64,000 bases of DNA, from NCBI GenBank assembly GCA_964016885.1, contig OZ024764.1:15748001-15812000 (forward strand), read 5' to 3'. The notes beneath the pieces were generated by a model that did no database searches, was not told where the DNA came from, and saw only the letters and a program-made list of their open reading frames with translations. Made by a program: the position numbers and the translations under genes. This stretch comes from Eledone cirrhosa. Lineage: Eukaryota. Below, one piece after another: positions 1 through 13,069 of this stretch (positions are counted from its first letter, which is position 1; each line of letters begins with the position of its first letter).

Positions 1-218
1 ATCATCATCATCATCATTTTACGTCCGCTTTTCGCTGCTTTGCAAGGGTGGGACGGGTCCTATTCAGCACAGCATCTCTCCACTCGTCACGGTCCCTCGT
101 CATCTCCACCGTGAGCTTCAATGATCTGAGGTCTGTTCTCAACCACCTCCGCCCATGTTTTTCGTGGTCTACCTCTACCACGTCTTCCTTCAACTGGCAT
201 TTCCTGGCACTTCTTTAT
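1..218 (-). mobile_element. 3' end of an RTE-type LINE with (GAT)n tail
   Basis: Minus strand encodes KKCQEMPVEGRRGRGRPRKTW (RTE C-terminal GRRxRGRPRKTW motif) and ends ...gcggacgtaaaatgatgatgat. Confidence 0.7.
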
Positions 219-314
219 TAATATATATATGTATATATATTATGTATATATATATATATATATTACTATCTCTCTCTCACTCTCTCTCTCTCTTGATATA
301 TATATATATATATA

Positions 315-1026
315 AATTCCGACCTCACACGCTTACACCTCTCCAAGACAATGTCACTGGACCGAGACCTTTGGCGGTACTCAGTAATAGAGAAGACCCG
401 CCTTACCTAAATACAAAGTAAAAACCTACTACAGTCAGTAGGCATCTCTATCAAAACACACCCCCGTCCCACCACCTCCACCCCACCCACACCGCCCCTT
501 TCAATGTAAAGTTATGTTGGTCCCACAACATCCAGGCCGAAACAAATGAGATCGTGTAGGTGTCACGACAAAAAACACACAGTCCACGCTGTAAATGTGG
601 CCGTGTAGGCAACACGGTAAAAACCTCCCAGCCCCACACTGTAAATGTGGTTGGTGTTAGGAAGGGCATCCAACTGTAGAAAACCCGCCAGACAGTCCAC
701 GCTGTAATGTGGCCGTGTAGGCAAGACGGTAAAAACCTCCCAGCCCCACACTGTAAATGTGGTTGGTGTTAGGAAGGGCATCCAACTGTAGAAAACCCGC
801 CAGACAGTCCACGCTGTAATGTGGCCGTGTAGGCAACACGGTAAAAACCTCCCAGCCCCACACTGTAAATGTGGTTGGTGTTAGGAAGGGCATCCAACTG
901 TAGAAAACCCGCCAGACAGTCCTATGCGAGCAAGACAACCACTCTTGCCTCAAGTGGGAAAACCCCCCGTCCAAACCCATGCAAGCGTGGAACACGGACG
1001 CTAAACCTGATGATGATGATGATGAT
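315..1026 (+). mobile_element. RTE-type LINE 3' end and long 3' UTR with internal ~112-bp tandem triplication and (GAT)n tail; related copies at about 2615-2670, 4555-5340, 24965-25085, 52250-52640(-), 58860-59625, 60108-60247
   Basis: ORF tail LSKTMSLDRDLWRYSVIEKTRLT*; the copy at 4555 carries RLRWYGHVMRM; shared block ggttggtgttaggaagggcatccagccgtagaaaacc and tail aacccatgcaagcgtggaa...gacgttaaacgatgatgat. Confidence 0.7.
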
Positions 1027-1086
1027 ATCACATAAGAAACGCCTGTATAACCATACAATCTCTCTCTCCCTTTCTCTGTCCTACAG

Positions 1087-1317
1087 GCCATGCACTTCTC
1101 ATATGGAATGGGAGCCTTCCTCAGCCCGATGGTAGCAGAACCGTTCCTGCTCAACGTTGATTGTTCCCCTTTAATAGACGGCTACATGGTACAACCATTA
1201 AACAACAGCAATTCCAACATGTCCGTCGTCACCGTTCCACCTTCACCACACCAATTACTTGTTTTACAGAGAGAAAGTAGATTAAAGAATGCTTTCTATA
1301 TAATTGGGACTATACAG
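1087..1317 (+). CDS. MFSD4A: MFSD4-like MFS transporter, first exon visible in window (AMHFSYGMGAFLSPMVAEPFLL...FYIIGTIQ); upstream exons lie outside the window
   Basis: Acceptor ctacag|GCC at 1086/1087 after a pyrimidine tract, donor CAG|gtaaat at 1317; 231 nt, phase 0-0. The motif (Q)AMHFSYGMGAFLSPMVAEPFL resembles the MFSD4 family QALHFxFGxGAxxSPLIAxPFL motif (recognised from memory). Confidence 0.85.
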
Positions 1318-1324
1318 GTAAATA

Positions 1325-1394
1325 TTGCTGTTGCTGTTGTTGCTGTTGTTGTTGTTGTTGTTGTTGTTACTGTTGTTGTTGTTGTTGTTGTTAC

Positions 1395-1437
<43 letters not shown>

Positions 1438-2616
1438 ACTGTTGTTGTTGTTACTGTTGTTGTTGTTGTTGTTGTTACTGTTGTTGTTGTTGTTGTTACT
1501 GTTGTTGTTGTTGTTACTGTTGTTGTTGTTGTTACTGTTGTTGTTGTTGTTGTTACTGTTGTTGTTGTTGTTACTGTTGTTGTTGTTGTTACTGTTGTTG
1601 TTGTTGTTGTTGTTACTGTTGTTGTTGTTGTTGTTACTGTTGTTGTTACTGTTGTTGTTACTGTTGTTATATATATATGTTATATATATGTTATATATAT
1701 ATGTTATATATATGTGTTATATATATATATGTTATATATATGTGTTATATATATATGTTATATATATATATGTTATATATATATATATATGTTATATATA
1801 TATGTTATATATATATGTTATATATATATATGTTATATATATGTGTTATATATATATATGTTATATATATGTGTTATATATATATGTTATATATATATAT
1901 GTTATATATATATATATATGTTATATATATATGTTATATATATATGTTTTATATATATGTTTTATATATATGTTATATATATATGTTATATATATATGTT
2001 ATATATATGTTATATATATATGTTATATATATATGTTATATATATATGTTATATATATGTGTTATATATATGTTATATATATATGTTATATATATATGTT
2101 ATATATATATATGTTATATATATATATGTTATATATATGTTATATATATATGTTATATATATATGTTATATATATGTTATATATATATGTTATATATATG
2201 TTATATATATATGTTATATATATATGTTATATATATATGTTATATATATATATGTTATATATATATGTTATATATATGTTATATATATATGTTATATATA
2301 TATATGTTATATATATATGTTATATATATATATGTTATATATATATGTTATATATATGTTATATATATATGTTATATATATATGTTATATATATATGTTA
2401 TATATATGTTATATATATATGTTATATATATGTTATATATATGTTATATATATATGTTATATATATATGTTATATATATGTTATATATATATGTTATATA
2501 TATATGTTATATATATATGTTATATATATATGTTATATATATATGTTATATATATATGTTATATATATATGTTATATATATATGTTATATATATGTGTTA
2601 TATATATGTTATATAT
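1325..2616. repeat. (GTT)n microsatellite followed by a (TA)n/GTTA compound microsatellite
   Basis: Direct inspection; explains the poly-V/poly-L/YI ORFs. Confidence 0.95.
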
Positions 2617-2701
2617 CATGCTAGCGTGGAAAATGGACGTTAAACGAAGATGATGATGATGATGATGATATATATATATATGTCTATGTTTATCTTTCCA
2701 G

Positions 2702-2810
2702 TTACCTGTGACCATACTGGTGGCGTTTGTGGTGTTCAAGAAAAGTCTTCAGTTGACTGGAACTTTCATAGAGCGAGCTAGTGCTTATATTACAGAATCA
2801 CGACTAGAAG
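2702..2810 (+). CDS. MFSD4A: MFSD4-like exon (LPVTILVAFVVFKKSLQLTGTFIERASAYITESRLE)
   Basis: Acceptor tttccag|TTA, donor GAAG|gttggt; 109 nt, phase 0-1. Hydrophobic TM segment continuing in frame from the previous exon; not in the ORF track. Confidence 0.75.
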
Positions 2811-3064
2811 GTTGGTTATACATATATTTACATTTTTTTACATTCATTTAAATTATTGATTTATTGATATTTTATTTCAGTGACCCGAATCTTCCTGGTC
2901 ATTCTTTTTCGGCTGTACGGGTGATTTTAGGCATAATTTCTATGTGTTGGTAATTTAACGATGGTTATAGCTCTGATTTATGCAAATTATTGAGCCCTCT
3001 GCCACTCATATCGGATATTGTTTATCGTTAATTCGTGAGCTGATTTTCCGATACTCGATTATTC

Positions 3065-3121
<57 letters not shown>

Positions 3122-3251
3122 GATTTTATATTTAATTTATTCGGATTCCAACAAACTTAAAAGTTTATAACTGATATAGAGCACTCAACAAGTTACTGGA
3201 GTAAATATACAATATATTAATAAATGGAAACTATATTTATAAAACCATAAT

Positions 3252-3318
3252 TATTTTCTTATATATATATTTCAAGGGCAACCAAGGCAGTCTTGGTGCG
3301 CTTTCATCAGATAAAATA
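3252..3318 (-). ncRNA. Minimal type I hammerhead ribozyme motif, family A (left arm of inverted repeat)
   Basis: Reverse complement of the 3439-3505 motif. Confidence 0.6.
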
Positions 3319-3438
3319 CAAAATTTGTTTTATAAATAGTGACATAACCATGGAAACAACCTTGACAACCTATCCAGCGAATTTTCAACCGTCAAGGTTG
3401 TTTCCACGGTTATGTCACTATTTATAAAACAAATTTTG

Positions 3439-3505
3439 TATTTTATCTGATGAAAGCGCACCAAGACTGCCTTGGTTGCCCTTGAAATATATATATAAGA
3501 AAATA
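3439..3505 (+). ncRNA. Minimal type I hammerhead ribozyme motif, family A
   Basis: tattttat-CTGATGA-aagcgcaccaag(actgc)cttggttgccctt-GAAA-tatatata-TA-agaaaata: stem I with one mismatch, stem II, palindromic stem III. Confidence 0.65.
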
Positions 3506-3597
3506 ATTATGGTTTTATAAATATAGTTTCCATTTATTAATATATTGAATTATATATAATAAATAAATAACAAAGAACGCTTATAGCATATGCATAT

Positions 3598-3655
3598 CTT
3601 TACTTGCTAACATTGTTTCATCCACACTATAAGTGGGACTCATCAGAGCATAAAG
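3598..3655 (-). ncRNA. Minimal type I hammerhead ribozyme motif, family B
   Basis: Minus strand: cttta-tgct-CTGATGA-gtcccac(ttatagt)gtggat-GAAA-caatg-TT-agca-ag-taaag; complete core, stem I tgct/agca with extension cttta/taaag. Confidence 0.7.
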
Positions 3656-4129
3656 GTTAAATTACATACCATACAAGCAATAACAAATCCAAGACATTGA
3701 ATTATATATATATTGAATTATATATATATATATATGTGTTTGTGTCTATATTATATCTGTATTTTCGAACGTTGGTCAGTCAATGGTAAACATTGAGGAC
3801 CGAATAAATTAACTGATATAAAAGATACAGAAGTGAAAACCAAGCAAACAGTGAGTGTGTTCTGTTATTAATTCTGGCAATATTATGACAACAATATGAC
3901 CCTCTCTTATATATATATATATATATATGTAGATAAATCTACCAAAAGTTTACGGTAGTGTCCAATCCGTATGAAGAACTCAATGTAATCCGGATATCAT
4001 GGAAAGAAGAGATGCAATGAAAAATCACTTTCCGTGAAAGATAAACGGAATACAGAGTCAAGATAAAATATTAAAAAAATAATGAATAAAACAATGAAAC
4101 AGTTCCTTATATTAAACAAAAAAAGTTCA

Positions 4130-4275
4130 TTATTTAACGATCGTTTCTGGGATATATATGTGTTAGAATTGGCATGCATATTCAACAGATCTATGTACAA
4201 AATTATACAAAATTATACAAACTATCAAAATTAAATATACATACCAACTCATATATATGCCGTCTTCAGAAATAA
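4130..4275 (-). ncRNA. Hammerhead motif with extended stem II, family C (left arm)
   Basis: Minus strand: ttattt-CTGAAGA-cggcatatatatg...(~90 nt)...catatatatccca-GAAA-cgatcg-TT-aaataa. Confidence 0.6.
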
Positions 4276-4289
4276 TCTATAATAATAAT

Positions 4290-4435
4290 TTATTTCTGAA
4301 GACGGCATATATATGAGTTGGTATGTATATTTAATTTTGATAGTTTGTATAATTTTGTATAATTTTGTACATAGATCTGTTAAATATACATGCCAATTCT
4401 AACACATATATATCCCAGAAACGATCATTAAATAA
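4290..4435 (+). ncRNA. Hammerhead motif with extended stem II, family C (right arm; stem III cgatca carries one change)
   Basis: CTGAAGA at 4296, GAAA at 4418, stem I ttattt/aaataa. Confidence 0.5.
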
Positions 4436-4493
4436 TGAACTTTTTTTGTTTAATATAAGGAACTGTTTCATTGTTTTATTCATTATTTTTTTA

Positions 4494-4547
<54 letters not shown>

Positions 4548-5463
4548 AAACATAAATGAACTAAGTGAGAAATTAGGAGTAAGAGGATCAGATGCTGTTT
4601 ACTCGAGAGAAGACTACGTTGGTATGGTCACGTGATGCGCATGTAAGACAACACAGCTGTATAAAAAAGTGTAGGGCGATCAAAATAGATGGAAGTTACG
4701 GAGTAGGTAGACCCAGAAAAACCTGGGACGACTTGATAAATTCCAACCTTACACACTAGCACCTCTCTAAGACAATGTCACTGGACCGAGATCTTTGGCG
4801 CCATGCAGTAATACAGAAGACCCGCATTTCCTACGTGCAAAGTTAACCTACAGTCAGTAGGTCCCTCCAAGCCAAATATACTCCCCAACCCACTACCCCC
4901 TACTCCATCCTCCCACTCCCACCAACACCACCCTTTCTCTGTAAAGTTATGTTGGTACCACAACATCCAGTCCAAACAAATGAGGTCGTGTAGGTGTCAC
5001 AACAAAATAACACACAGTCCACGCTGTAATGTGGCCATGTGGGTAACATGGTAAAAAGCTCCCAGTTCCACACTGTAAAATGTGGTCTTGTAGGGGACAC
5101 GGTAAAAAGGCTCCCAGTCTACACTGTAAAGTGGTCATGTAGGGGACACAGTAAAAAGGCTCCCAGTCCACACTGTAAATGTGGTTGGTGTTAGGAAGGG
5201 TATCCAGCCGTAGAAAACCTGCCAGACAGTCCCATACGAGCGAGACACGGTCACCCGACCAAACTTGCTTCAAGTGGAACAAACCCGTCTAACCCATGCT
5301 AGCGTGGAAGATAGACGGTAAATGATGATGATGATGATGATATATATATATATATATATATTTATACATACATACATACATACATATACACACTTTTAAA
5401 TACACATATTTACATATATTTACACAAATATGCATATTATGTATACATCATATGTACACACAC

Positions 5464-5536
<73 letters not shown>

Positions 5537-5660
5537 CATATATATACACATAAAGAAATATATACATATATCCACCTAGTGACATTTGGAACTGCTCCCT
5601 GTCTGTTGGCATTTCGAAAATCAGTAAATTGGAATAAAATTGATGGAGTAACGGTGGTGG

Positions 5661-6310
5661 TACTACCACTACTACTACTGCTACTACTACTACTACTGCT
5701 ACTGCTACTACTACTACTACTACTACCTCCACCACCACCACCACCACCACCACCACCACCACCACCACCACCACTACTACCACCACCACCACCACCACCA
5801 CCACCACCACCACCACTACTACTACTACTACTACCACCACCACCACCACCACCACCACCACCACCACCACCACCACCACCACCACCACCACCACCACCAC
5901 CACCACCACCACTACCACCACCACCACCACCACCACCACCACCACCACCACCACTACTACCACCACCACCACCACCACTACCACCACCACCACCACCACC
6001 ACCACCACCACCACCACCACTACTACTACCACCACCACCACCACCACCACCACCACCACCACCACCACCACCACTACTACTACTACTACCACCACTACTA
6101 CCACTACCACCACCACCACCACTACCACCACTACCACCACCACCACCACCACCACCACCACCACCACCACCACCACCACCACCACCACCACCACCACCAC
6201 TACTACCACTACCACCACTACTACCACTACCACCACCACCACCACTACCACCACTACTACCACCACCACCACCACCACCACCACCACCACCACCACCACC
6301 ACCATACCAC
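5661..6310. repeat. (CTA)n/(CCA)n microsatellite
   Basis: Direct inspection. Confidence 0.95.
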
Positions 6311-6677
6311 TATGAAAGGCAGGGTAGACACACGATAGTTAAAAATATAAATTAAAGTGTGTACACTTACCTCTATAACTGTATAACACACGTACAAAAC
6401 CAAAGAGATTTGGATTTGTACGTGTGTTATATAGTTATAGAGGTTGTATACACACTTTAATTTATATTTTTAACTACCGTGTGTCTACCCTGCCTTTCAT
6501 AGGCTATAGATTCCATACACTGGTGGGTTTACCTGTTTTATTGATGGCACACTGTATATCTCTCTCTGGTGTGTTACCTTTTCAACATATTGTGTTTTAA
6601 AGAGCTCAGGATTCCTTCTCCTTTGAGCACATTATTGACAGGGAATAGCGAGAGTTTATGGCTCCCTTAATTTATCG

Positions 6678-6711
<34 letters not shown>

Positions 6712-6909
6712 GAATGAGTAGGACCCCGACGGCAGAGCTCAAGCCGTTTTGGTGGCTAATTCTGAACATTTTAGTCCAGAATTAGCCGTCGAAACGGCTT
6801 GAGCTCAGCCGTCGGGGTCTTACTCATTCCTATTACCCACTCTACTACACTAAGTATTGAGTACTTTGGTGCGTTATGGTCCACCTGGTTCCTTACCACA
6901 TTTCCTTCG

Positions 6910-6941
<32 letters not shown>

Positions 6942-7322
6942 CGAAGGAAATGTGGTAAGGAACCAGGTGGACCATAACGCACCAAAGTACTCAATACTTG
7001 AGGTAGTAGAGTGGGTAATAGGAACCAGTAAGACTCCGACAGCTGAGCTCAAGCCGTTTCGACGGTATATATATATACACTCATACATTCACACACAGTC
7101 GATCAACAAGATCCCAGACCTTATTCACTTAATGAGTGGGGGGTGAGCTCATCAAATCGGACCAAGGAAATAATGTTTCCATTAGTCTTTCTAATTGCTG
7201 ATAGTATCTACTGGTTGGAAATCCAGGCAGAAGGAACAATGTGAAATAAAGTGCCTTGCTCAAGGAAATATCACATCGCTCGGTCTAGGAATCAAACTCA
7301 CAACCTCACGATTGTAAATTAA

Positions 7323-7963
7323 CCCTTTAGCTTTTACATTACTCTATATATACTATTGTATTTTCACAGTAAAGACTTTACCTCACATAATATCTCACAT
7401 AACATTTACATTACTCTATATATACTATTGTATTTTCACAGTAAAGGCTTTACCTCACATAATATCTCACATAACATTTACATTACTCTATATATACTAT
7501 TGTATTGTCACAGTAAAGACTTTACCTCACATAATATCTCACATAACATTTACATTACTCTATATATACTATTGTATTTTCACAGTAAAAGCTTTACCTC
7601 ACATAATATCTCACATAACATTTACATTACTCTATATTTACTATTGTATTTTCACAGTAAAGGCTTTACCTCACATAATATCTCACATAACATTTACATT
7701 ACTCTATATATACTATTATATTTTCACAGTAAAGGCTTTACCTCACATAATATCTCCCATAACATTTACATTACTCTATATATACTATTGTATTTTCACA
7801 GTAAAGGCTTTTACTTTACATAATATCGAAGTTATGAGATTTTGATATTATTTATTTTGAGAACAATACCTTAACATCAGTATGAGCAGCTGGTTACAAC
7901 CGGTTTGAACAGAAAGAGGTGAGAGAATTCTGGCCAGATATGGCCGGTTTAAATGCTAAAGGG
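7323..7963 (+). mobile_element. piggyBac-like non-autonomous element (MITE) with internal 72-bp tandem array (~7 units)
   Basis: TTAA|ccctttagc ... gctaaaggg|TTAA: TTAA target duplication at 7319-7322 and 7964-7967, CCCTTT terminal inverted repeats. Confidence 0.75.
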
Positions 7964-8092
7964 TTAAATAAAGGACTCAATACATTAATAGATGAGGTAT
8001 TTATTCCATATAGATGTAACTTCTACAGGACTAGAACTGTTTCATTCGTTTACTTACATTCAATGCCTACATAAAGATGTTTATATTTGCAG

Positions 8093-8211
8093 AAACCACG
8101 AAAGTTGAAGGCAAAAGCTTTACCTCACGGTGTTTTACCTGTGGTTCCAATCAAACTATCTTGCTTACCCTCCTTGCAGCTGGGGCTATGTTCTTATTTG
8201 ATGGTTTACAG
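8093..8211 (+). CDS. MFSD4A: MFSD4-like exon (ETTKVEGKSFTSRCFTCGSNQTILLTLLAAGAMFLFDGLQ)
   Basis: Acceptor tttgcag|AA, donor CAG|gtaaat; 119 nt, phase 1-0, compatible with both neighbours. Confidence 0.85.
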
Positions 8212-8393
8212 GTAAATCTCTCTCTCTCACCTTTGATCGTGTGTCGAAACAAATATTGTTATACTTGGGGAGGGTTGTATTGTTTTCATATTGCTAAAAA
8301 TGGTGTAGACATAACAGTACAATACAATACAATAGGAACAAACATAATAGTACCACTGATGATGTCGCAGATGTGCAACGAAAGAACTTTGTT

Positions 8394-8430
<37 letters not shown>

Positions 8431-9385
8431 GTATTTTTAACCGTTGGTCAATCAATGATAAACATTGATTGCCAAATAAATTAACTATGGAGATATAAAA
8501 GATACAGAAGCGAAAACCAACCCAAACAGTGAGTGTGTTCTGTTATTATTTCTGGCAATATTATAACAATATGACCCTCCCCAAATATATATATATATAT
8601 AGGAGGCACATGGCTTAGTGGTTAGAGCATTGGCCTTGCAATCGAAAACAGCTGCTATCTACAAAGTATTAGTTATGCAGACATTCAATATTTCAATGTT
8701 ATTATCAACTGTCATTTCATCGGAATAATTTTACTGAGGACCTGTTTGGTTTTTATAGAGAATATTAGGAGGGAGGGGTGAAGTTGTTAGAAGAATAGTT
8801 GAGGGAGTGGTTTTTTGATAGCAGTGAGAATTTTTGGTGGCAGTGAGTAATTAGATTCCCATCTGTTGTTTTGACATTTTTATAGAATATATTATCTCTA
8901 ATATAGAATATACTATCTCTAATCCTTCTATAGATTTAGAAAAATAACCAATAATATATTCTATAAAAATGTCAAAACAACAGATGGGAATCTAATTACT
9001 CACTGCCACCAAAAATTCTCACTGCTATCAAAAAACCACCCCCTCAACTATTCTTCTAACAACTTCACCCCTCCCTCCTAATATTCTCTATAAAAACCAA
9101 ACAGGTCCTCAGTAAAATTATTCCGATGAAATGACAGTTGATAATAACATTGAAATATTGAATGTCTGCATAACTAATACTTTGTAGATAGCAGCTGTTT
9201 TCAGGTTATGTAACTGTTATAGAAACACGTGTCAATAAATTCCTTTTAACTAAACTGTATCCATTTAAATCCTTCTATTTTTCTCCGGATTACTTTTGGA
9301 ACTACAACTGGAACCGTCGAGCAAACTCTACGTGAGCTGTCCATCTACTGTGTGTAATATTTATATTACAACACTACGGAAAATA

Positions 9386-9445
<60 letters not shown>

Positions 9446-9587
9446 TATTTTCCGTAGTATATATATATATATATATATAAATATATATATATACACATAT
9501 ATATATATATATGCAGAGGTTGTATTACAACACTACGGAAAATACTGTATATATATATATATATATATATATACAATATTTTCCGTA

Positions 9588-9671
<84 letters not shown>

Positions 9672-9802
9672 GCAGAGGTTGTATTTAATTTGTTAGGATT
9701 CAACAAGCTTAAACATTTTTATACTATCCAGGAAGCTCCAACCGTTAAGGTTGTCGTTTTTCAGGGTATGTCAATATTTATTTATAAAACTAATATGTAT
9801 TG

Positions 9803-9869
9803 TATTTTATCTGATGAAAGCGCACCATAATTTGCCTTGGTGGCCCCTTGAAATATGTATAATAAAATA
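9803..9869 (+). ncRNA. Minimal type I hammerhead ribozyme motif, family A
   Basis: tattttat-CTGATGA-aagcgcacca...tggtggcccctt-GAAA-tatgta-TA-ataaaata: perfect 8-bp stem I and intact core. Confidence 0.72.
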
Positions 9870-9959
9870 AATATGGTTTCATAAATATAGTTTCCATTTG
9901 TTAAGTGATACAGAGGAGACTGAGGTTAGCTGGACATGCTCACCGACATCCAGAGTTGA

Positions 9960-10790
9960 TATATATATATATATATACATTATATATACATTATACACAC
10001 ATTATATATACATTATATATACATTATATATACATTATACACACATTATATATACATTATATATACATTATATATACATTATATATACATTATATATACA
10101 TTATATATACATTATATATACATTATACACACATTATATATACATTATATATACATTATATATACATTATATATACATTATATATACATTATATATACAT
10201 TATATATACATTATACACACATTATATATACATTATATATACATTATATATACATTATACACACATTATATATACATTATATATACATTATATATACATT
10301 ATATATACATTATATATACATTATACACACATTATATATACATTATATATACATTATATATACATTATATATACATTATATATACATTATATATACATTA
10401 TACACACATTATATATACATTATATATACATTATATATACATTATATATACATTATATATACATTATACACACATTATATATACATTATATATACATTAT
10501 ATATACATTATACACACATTATATATACATTATATATACATTATATATACATTATATATACATTATATATACATTATATATACATTATATATACATTATA
10601 TATACATTATATATACATTATATATACATTATATATACATTATATATACATTATACACATTATATACACATTATACACACATTATATATACATTATATAT
10701 ACATTATATATACATTATACACACATTATATATACATTATATATACATTATATATACATTATACACACATTATATATACATTATATATAT
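9960..10790. repeat. 11-bp (TATATATACAT)n tandem repeat directly upstream of a splice acceptor
   Basis: Direct inspection. Confidence 0.95.
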
Positions 10791-10796
10791 TTTCAG

Positions 10797-10889
10797 TCTT
10801 CCTATGGAGGGTATGTTTATTCCTATTCTGTGAAATCAGTGCCAGGATTGAAACAGTCAGAAGGGGCTGTACTCAATGCTTGTTTTTGG
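10797..10889 (+). CDS. MFSD4A: MFSD4-like exon (SSYGGYVYSYSVKSVPGLKQSEGAVLNACFW)
   Basis: Acceptor tttcag|TCT, donor TGG|gtgagt; 93 nt, phase 0-0; YGGYVYSY...FW pattern typical of the family. Confidence 0.85.
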
Positions 10890-10910
10890 GTGAGTAGAGT
10901 GTTCATATAT

Positions 10911-12957
10911 CACACCACTACGCTACCACCACCACTACGCTGCCACCACTATACCACCACCACCACTATACCACCACCACTGTACCACCGCCACCACTAT
11001 ACCACCACTACACCACCACCACTATACCACCACTACACCACCACCACTATACCACCACCACTATGCTACCACCAACACTATACCACCACCACCACTATAC
11101 CACCACCACTATACCACCACTATACCACCACCACCACCACTATACCACCACCACCACCACTATACCACCACCACTATACCACCACCACTACACCACCACC
11201 ACCACTACACTACCACCACCACTACATCTCCACTACACTACCACCACCACTACACCACCACTACACTACCACCACCACTACACTACCACCACCACAACAC
11301 CACCACCACAACACCACCACCACCACAACACCACCACTACACTACCACCACCACTACACTACCACCACAACACCACACCACCACAACACCACCACTACAC
11401 TACCATCACCACTACACTACCACCACAACACCCCACCACCACAACACCACCACTACCACTACCATCACCACTACACCACCACCACAACACTACCACCACC
11501 ACTACACCACCACTACGACCACCACTACACTACCACCACCACTACACTACCACCACCACTATACTACCACCACCACCACAACACCACCACTACACCACCA
11601 CCACTACACCACCACTACACTACTACCACCATCACTACACCACCACTACACTACCACCACAACACCACCACAACACCACCACTACACTACCACCACCACA
11701 ACACCACCACAACACCACCACTACACTACCACCACAACACCACCACTACACTACCACCACAACACCACCACCACAACACCACCACTACACTACCACCACC
11801 ACTACACCACCACTACCACCACAACACCACCACCACAACACCACCACAACACCACCACTACACTACCACCACAACACTACCACCACCACAACACTACCAC
11901 CACCACTACACCACCACCACAACACCACCACTACACTACCACCACCACAACACCACCACTACACTACTACCACCACTACACTACCACCACAACACCACCA
12001 CTACACTACCACCACCACAACACTACCACCACCACTACACTACCACCACCACTACACTACCACCACAACACCACCACAACACCACCACTACACTACCACC
12101 ACAACACCACCACTACACTACCACCACACCACCACCACAACACCACCACTACACTGCCACCACAACACCACCACTACACTACCACCACAACACCACCACT
12201 ACACTACCACCACAACACCACCACAACACCACCACTACACTACCACCACAACACCACCACTACACTACCACCACAACACCACCACTACACTACCACCACA
12301 ACACCACCACAACACCACCACCACAACACCACCACAACACCATCACAACACTACCACCACCACTACACTACCACCACAACACCACCACTACACTACCACC
12401 ACCACAACACTACCACCACCACTACACTACCACCACAACACCACCACTACACTACCACCACCACAACACTACCACCACCACTACACTACCACCACAACAC
12501 CACCACTACACTACCACCACCACAACACTACCACCACCACTACACTACCACCACAACACCACCACACCACCACCACACCACCACCACAACACCACCACTA
12601 CACTACCACCACCACAACACTACCACCACCACTACACTACCACCACAACACCACCACACCACCACCACACCACCACCACAACACTACCACCACCACTACA
12701 CCACCACCACCACAACACTACCTCCACCACTACACTACCACCACAACACCACCACAACACCACCACAACACCACCACCACAACACCACCACAACACCACC
12801 ACAACACCACCACCACAACACCACCACTACACTACCACCACAACACCACCACAACACCACCACTACACTACCACCTCCACAACACTACCACCACCACTAC
12901 ACTACCACCACAACACCACCACAACACCACCACTACACTACCACCACAACACCCCAC
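10911..12957. repeat. Complex (CCA/CTA/ACA)n repeat filling almost an entire intron
   Basis: Direct inspection. Confidence 0.95.
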
Positions 12958-12981
12958 TAATATACATATTATATATTTCAG

Positions 12982-13062
12982 GGTACATTTGCTCTTGGCC
13001 GTCTCATTGCTATTATCTTAGCCTCCAGATTCACCGCAGCCTTTATGTTGCTGGCGAACATT
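12982..13062 (+). CDS. MFSD4A: MFSD4-like exon (GTFALGRLIAIILASRFTAAFMLLANI)
   Basis: Acceptor tttcag|GGT, donor ATT|gtaagt; 81 nt; the spliced FW-GTFALGRL motif is typical of FucP/MFSD4-type MFS proteins. Confidence 0.88.
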
Positions 13063-13069
13063 GTAAGTA

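Noticed and set aside
3930-4062. Possible GIY-YIG endonuclease C-terminal fragment next to the family C element
   Set aside because: Stops and frameshifts, and no recognisable motif strong enough to call without a search.
5580-5647. Possible extra MFSD4-like exon (ag|TGACATTTGG...GGA|gtaacg)
   Set aside because: Weak acceptor, and it would end in phase 0 while the next exon needs phase 1; exons 2702-2810 and 8093-8211 join directly.
9119-9165. Hammerhead-like attc-CGATGA-aatg...catt-GAAA-ta-TT-gaat in the 8644-9202 inverted repeat
   Set aside because: The core lacks one base (or has U4C with a poor stem I); likely a decayed relative, not counted as a motif.
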